Shown here one piece after another: positions 28,796 through 32,000 of a DNA stretch of 32,000 bases. The stretch lies in the NCBI RefSeq assembly GCF_000011805.1, contig NC_006841.2. One strand, given 5' to 3'. Each line of letters opens with the position of its first letter. Position 1 is the first letter of the stretch. The notes beneath the pieces were generated by a model. The model ran no database searches. It was not told the DNA's origin and saw nothing but the letters and a program-made list of their open reading frames with translations. The position numbers were made by a program, and so were the translations under genes. The DNA is from Aliivibrio fischeri ES114. GTDB lineage: Bacteria; Pseudomonadota; Gammaproteobacteria; Enterobacterales; Vibrionaceae.

Positions 28796-30535
28796 ATGAG
28801 TGATAAGCAAAGCAATAAATTAAGAGTTATGCATGTTAATGATACGCACTCTTATTTTGATGAATCTGTAATTGCTTTGAATTGTGAAAGCGTTGACAAA
28901 TTTTATATAAAGTGTGGTGGCTTTTCGCGATTATCACACCAAATGACTTTACTTAGTGATGAAATGAAAGCAGAAGGTGGCAATGTTGCGACTTATCATG
29001 CTGGAGATTGCTTTCAAGGGACACTCTATTTTTCTCTATATAAAGGCAAGGCCAATGCGGAGTTGCTTAACCAATTACCGTTGGATGGTATGGTACTTGG
29101 TAATCATGAGTTTGATTTAGGAAATGAATTAGTTAGTCATTTTGTCTCCCAAGTTAACTTTCCAATTTTAATGGGAAACTGGGATTTAAGTGAGGAAGAC
29201 CAAAGCAAAGGTCAAAAACTAAAATACCAAGATAATGTGTTGTCTTATGATACAGAGCGTGAGATAGCCAATTATATGATTAAACATGCAGGCAACGTCG
29301 ATATTGCTGTATTTGGTTTAACCATAGATAAAATGGATGTATTGGCAAGCCCAGATCCAGATACACCATTTTTGAATGCGATTGAAACTGCGAAAAAAAC
29401 CATTGAATATTTAAAAGTAAATGGAATTAATAATGTCATTATTATTAGTCATTTGGGATATGACGCTGATAAACAACTCGCAGAATCTATCTCAGGAATA
29501 GATCTTATCATTGGTGGGCATAGTCATGTATTGCAAGGGGACTTTGCCGGTATTGGCTTAGAAACTATCGCTTCATATGGTGAGAAGGTAAATAACACCT
29601 ATATAGTTCAAGCTGGTTGCCATGCTTTAGCGTTAGGCTATTGTGATTTAGAGTATTCAGATAGTGGTGAGTTAATTTCGTTTAATGGACGAAATATGTT
29701 GCTATTAGACGATATTGCTTATCAGGATAAAGCTTGTGAAGCGCCTGTTGATGAAGAAAAACAAAAAGTAATATACAACGCTTTGAATGAGTTTATAGGC
29801 GCTGAATTTTGTACAAAAGATCAAAAAATTGAAGAGTTACTGATCGATAAATACCGTGGTGAGGTTGTTCGACTATCTCAACAGGTGATTGGACACAGTT
29901 CGATGGATTTAGCTCATCGCAGAGTGCCAAATGAGAAAGGGCAAAGTGATATTGCCCCTTGGGTGGTGGAGGCCTTTTATTCTAAAGCGCACCAAGTAGA
30001 TGGTAGAGTACAGTTTGCTATGCATAATGCTGGTGGAGTTCGCTCTGGTTTAAACCAAGGAGCCATCACATATGCCGATATTGCCGGAAAAGTTTTGCCA
30101 TTTGCAATTCCGATTGTCATTTATAGTATCAAAGGTAAATACCTTAAAGCCGCCATTGAGGGAGCAATAGATAATGCGACTAACAATGGAGTGATAGGAA
30201 GCGGATCTGGAAGTTTCCCTTATGTATCGCAATTAAGTTATCAATATGAAGCGTGTAATCCTGCCGGGCAGCGTATTACCGAGTTTGACATATTTAACTC
30301 GGTTTCTGGATGGGAGCCTGTATTAGATGAGCAAATATATTATGGAACATCAACAGCTTATACTATAAAAGGGAAGGAAGGTTACGCTCCTTTACTCAAT
30401 AAAGAAGATGAGGTGATAACAACTAACCTTTCAATGGCTGATTGCTTCATTGATTATTTAATGCATTACCCTAATTTAACAAAACCTAAAATGACACTGA
30501 ATCGATATAATAAAAACAGTACTGCTATCATTTAG
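28796..30535 (+). CDS. 5'-nucleotidase/UshA-CpdB superfamily metallophosphoesterase
   Basis: MHVNDTHSYF, HAGDCFQGT, LGNHEFDLG, IIISHLGYDAD, IIGGHSH, C-terminal 5'-nucleotidase domain (HNAGGVRSGL). GGGA ribosome-binding site before ATG. Confidence 0.88.
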   Translation: MSDKQSNKLRVMHVNDTHSYFDESVIALNCESVDKFYIKCGGFSRLSHQMTLLSDEMKAEGGNVATYHAGDCFQGTLYFSLYKGKANAELLNQLPLDGMVLGNHEFDLGNELVSHFVSQVNFPILMGNWDLSEEDQSKGQKLKYQDNVLSYDTEREIANYMIKHAGNVDIAVFGLTIDKMDVLASPDPDTPFLNAIETAKKTIEYLKVNGINNVIIISHLGYDADKQLAESISGIDLIIGGHSHVLQGDFAGIGLETIASYGEKVNNTYIVQAGCHALALGYCDLEYSDSGELISFNGRNMLLLDDIAYQDKACEAPVDEEKQKVIYNALNEFIGAEFCTKDQKIEELLIDKYRGEVVRLSQQVIGHSSMDLAHRRVPNEKGQSDIAPWVVEAFYSKAHQVDGRVQFAMHNAGGVRSGLNQGAITYADIAGKVLPFAIPIVIYSIKGKYLKAAIEGAIDNATNNGVIGSGSGSFPYVSQLSYQYEACNPAGQRITEFDIFNSVSGWEPVLDEQIYYGTSTAYTIKGKEGYAPLLNKEDEVITTNLSMADCFIDYLMHYPNLTKPKMTLNRYNKNSTAII

Positions 30536-30594
30536 TGGCATGCTAATTGCTATTAAATAACTGAGATGAGTTGTACAGTTTTATAGGTAATAGC

Positions 30595-30684
30595 ATGGAC
30601 AGTGATTGGTCAGACAAATTGCTAGTCGTAAGCTGGGTGTTCGCTTGGGCATTAATTGTTTACTTCGTCCCTTTTGCAGGGTGA
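30595..30684 (+). CDS. Candidate unlisted 29-aa single-TM small membrane protein
   Basis: ATG...TGA ORF MDSDWSDKLLVVSWVFAWALIVYFVPFAG, AGG 7 nt upstream of ATG, terminator hairpin begins 5 nt after the stop. Confidence 0.6.
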   Translation: MDSDWSDKLLVVSWVFAWALIVYFVPFAG

Positions 30685-30689
30685 CATTT

Positions 30690-30723
30690 AAAAGGCTTTC
30701 TAATTAATTAGGAAGCCTTTTTT
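30690..30723 (+). terminator. Intrinsic terminator
   Basis: AAAGGCTTTCTAATT / AATTAGGAAGCCTTTTTTT (one G-T pair). Confidence 0.8.
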
Positions 30724-30996
30724 ATTAGCGTTAATAAAACTTATCCTTTATTAATGATATAAAAGTTTTTATTGTCATATTTAGGTTAACGTAAATTGTT
30801 TAAATTATGTTAATTTGATTTTTTATTCATTAATGTGTATGAATAGTGCATCCATATGCGCTAATTTAGGTTATTGATTGGTGTAATTTTTACATTAGAA
30901 AAACTAATATTACATTGAAGAAAAAGTCATTTTTTGACCAATAAATTAAGCTTTATTATGCGCTCATTGAAATTGATTAATTTAAGTGAGGCAATC

Positions 30997-31185
30997 ATGG
31001 CACAAGCAGCAATGAACGTTAATAACATCGCTACTTCTTCACAAAAGAAGGCCTATTCAGTAAGTATCAAAGGATTGATTGCTCATCTTGTGGATGTTTT
31101 GTTTGGTAAAGATCAAACTGTATCTGCACAATATACATCTGAACTATCAGAGCACTTACAAAAAGATTTAGGTCTTTATCGTTAA
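30997..31185 (+). CDS. Small uncharacterised protein (62 aa)
   Basis: GTGAGG ribosome-binding site before ATG 30997 gives MAQAAMNVNNIATSSQKKAYSVSIKGLIAHLVDVLFGKDQTVSAQYTSELSEHLQKDLGLYR. The track's 83-aa version starts at 30934. Confidence 0.6.
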   Translation: MAQAAMNVNNIATSSQKKAYSVSIKGLIAHLVDVLFGKDQTVSAQYTSELSEHLQKDLGLYR

Positions 31186-31200
31186 GATATAGACGAATGG

Positions 31201-31230
31201 AAAAAGCTAGCAAGTTTGCTAGCTTTTTTT
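31201..31230. terminator. Intrinsic terminator between convergent genes
   Basis: AAAAAGCTAGCAA ... TTGCTAGCTTTTTTT. Confidence 0.85.
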
Positions 31231-31253
31231 ATATCTTAATAAAAGTTATTTGT

Positions 31254-32000
31254 TTAATAAGAACATACTTTATTCTTTCCGGAGCGTTTTGCTTGGTAAA
31301 GCGCTTTATCTGCACGAAGAAACGTAGCTTTATGATCTTCTTTATTTCGATTCAATGTTAAGCCGATACTAACGGTAATTGAGCGGTCTTTAAGGGTATC
31401 TCGCCAATCGTAATTTGCAATTTCTGATCGGCATTGTTCTGCGATTTTTTTCCCATGCTCAAGGTCGCCAGAAGGAATAATAATAAGAAACTCTTCTCCT
31501 CCATAACGTAGTGTATAGTGAGAAGGTGAAACTGAATTTTGCAAAATTTTACCAACTAGTTTTAATACAATATCGCCTTTTAAGTGGGAATATTCATCAT
31601 TTATTGATTTAAAATCATCGATATCAATAACCAATAACTGATAGTGTTTAATCGTAGGTAAAATCTCTTTTATAAACGTAGATTCAAACCATCTTCGGTT
31701 ATACAGTTTCGTTAAACTGTCATGAAAAACATCTTGTTGTAACTTGGCTACCGTGTCTTTTTGTTGATCAGATACTTTTTTTAATTTTAAGTTTTCAGTT
31801 TCAGAAATATTTAAGCGTAATTGAAGTTCTAATCGAGTTAATCGTCTTAAAGAGTGACCACCAAGTTCATTAATTGGGAAGTTTTTGATTATTTCGACAG
31901 TTAACTGCTGCGCTTTTTTTTCACATTCAAGTGCAAGAGCAAAGTTTTTACAACTTGCTAGAGCATCGCTTTTCACTTCAAGTAATTGGCGAATATAGTA
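31254..32000 (-). CDS. GGDEF-domain diguanylate cyclase, N-terminus outside window
   Basis: DSLTKLYNRRWFE, DIDDFKSINDEYSHLKGD, LRYGGEEF. The track starts at GTG 31976, but the frame stays open to the window edge (YYIRQLLEV upstream). Confidence 0.9.
   Translation of the reverse strand, partial: YYIRQLLEVKSDALASCKNFALALECEKKAQQLTVEIIKNFPINELGGHSLRRLTRLELQLRLNISETENLKLKKVSDQQKDTVAKLQQDVFHDSLTKLYNRRWFESTFIKEILPTIKHYQLLVIDIDDFKSINDEYSHLKGDIVLKLVGKILQNSVSPSHYTLRYGGEEFLIIIPSGDLEHGKKIAEQCRSEIANYDWRDTLKDRSITVSIGLTLNRNKEDHKATFLRADKALYQAKRSGKNKVCSY

Noticed and set aside
1-32000. CRISPR arrays, tRNA/rRNA genes, IS elements, integrases, att repeats
   Set aside because: Scanned by eye on both strands and not found; the only notable tandem repeat is TGTAAA at 20368-20395.

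Overview
The window has the gene content and AT-rich composition of a Vibrionaceae chromosome, probably Aliivibrio-like (inference from protein content; no database search was possible). It is almost fully packed with chromosomal genes. No CRISPR array, tRNA/rRNA, prophage or IS element was seen. Content from left to right: 3' end of one MscS-type channel gene followed by an intact paralog; RhlE-type DEAD-box helicase; a tight three-gene cassette of exported proteins (a small beta-barrel, an Omp85/BamA-type barrel with no visible POTRA domains, and a DUF4056-like periplasmic protein); BCCT transporter; DUF3302/HlyD pair; membrane diguanylate cyclase divergent from a ComFB-family protein; RNase II; DeaD; SpeG; FocA-CBS fusion; LysR regulator; YciC-like membrane protein; dCache chemoreceptor; complete polar amino-acid ABC transporter; DAHP synthase; YbjD-type OLD nuclease; cytoplasmic-looking 5'-nucleotidase family protein; two small proteins, one of them (29 aa, one TM) absent from the ORF track; and a GGDEF protein running off the right edge. 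Best leads: the exported cassette at 3316-6385, the diguanylate cyclase/ComFB divergent pair, the unlisted 29-aa membrane protein at 30595-30684, short leader ORFs before rhlE, deaD and the DAHP synthase gene, and the TGTAAA repeat just upstream of the chemoreceptor.
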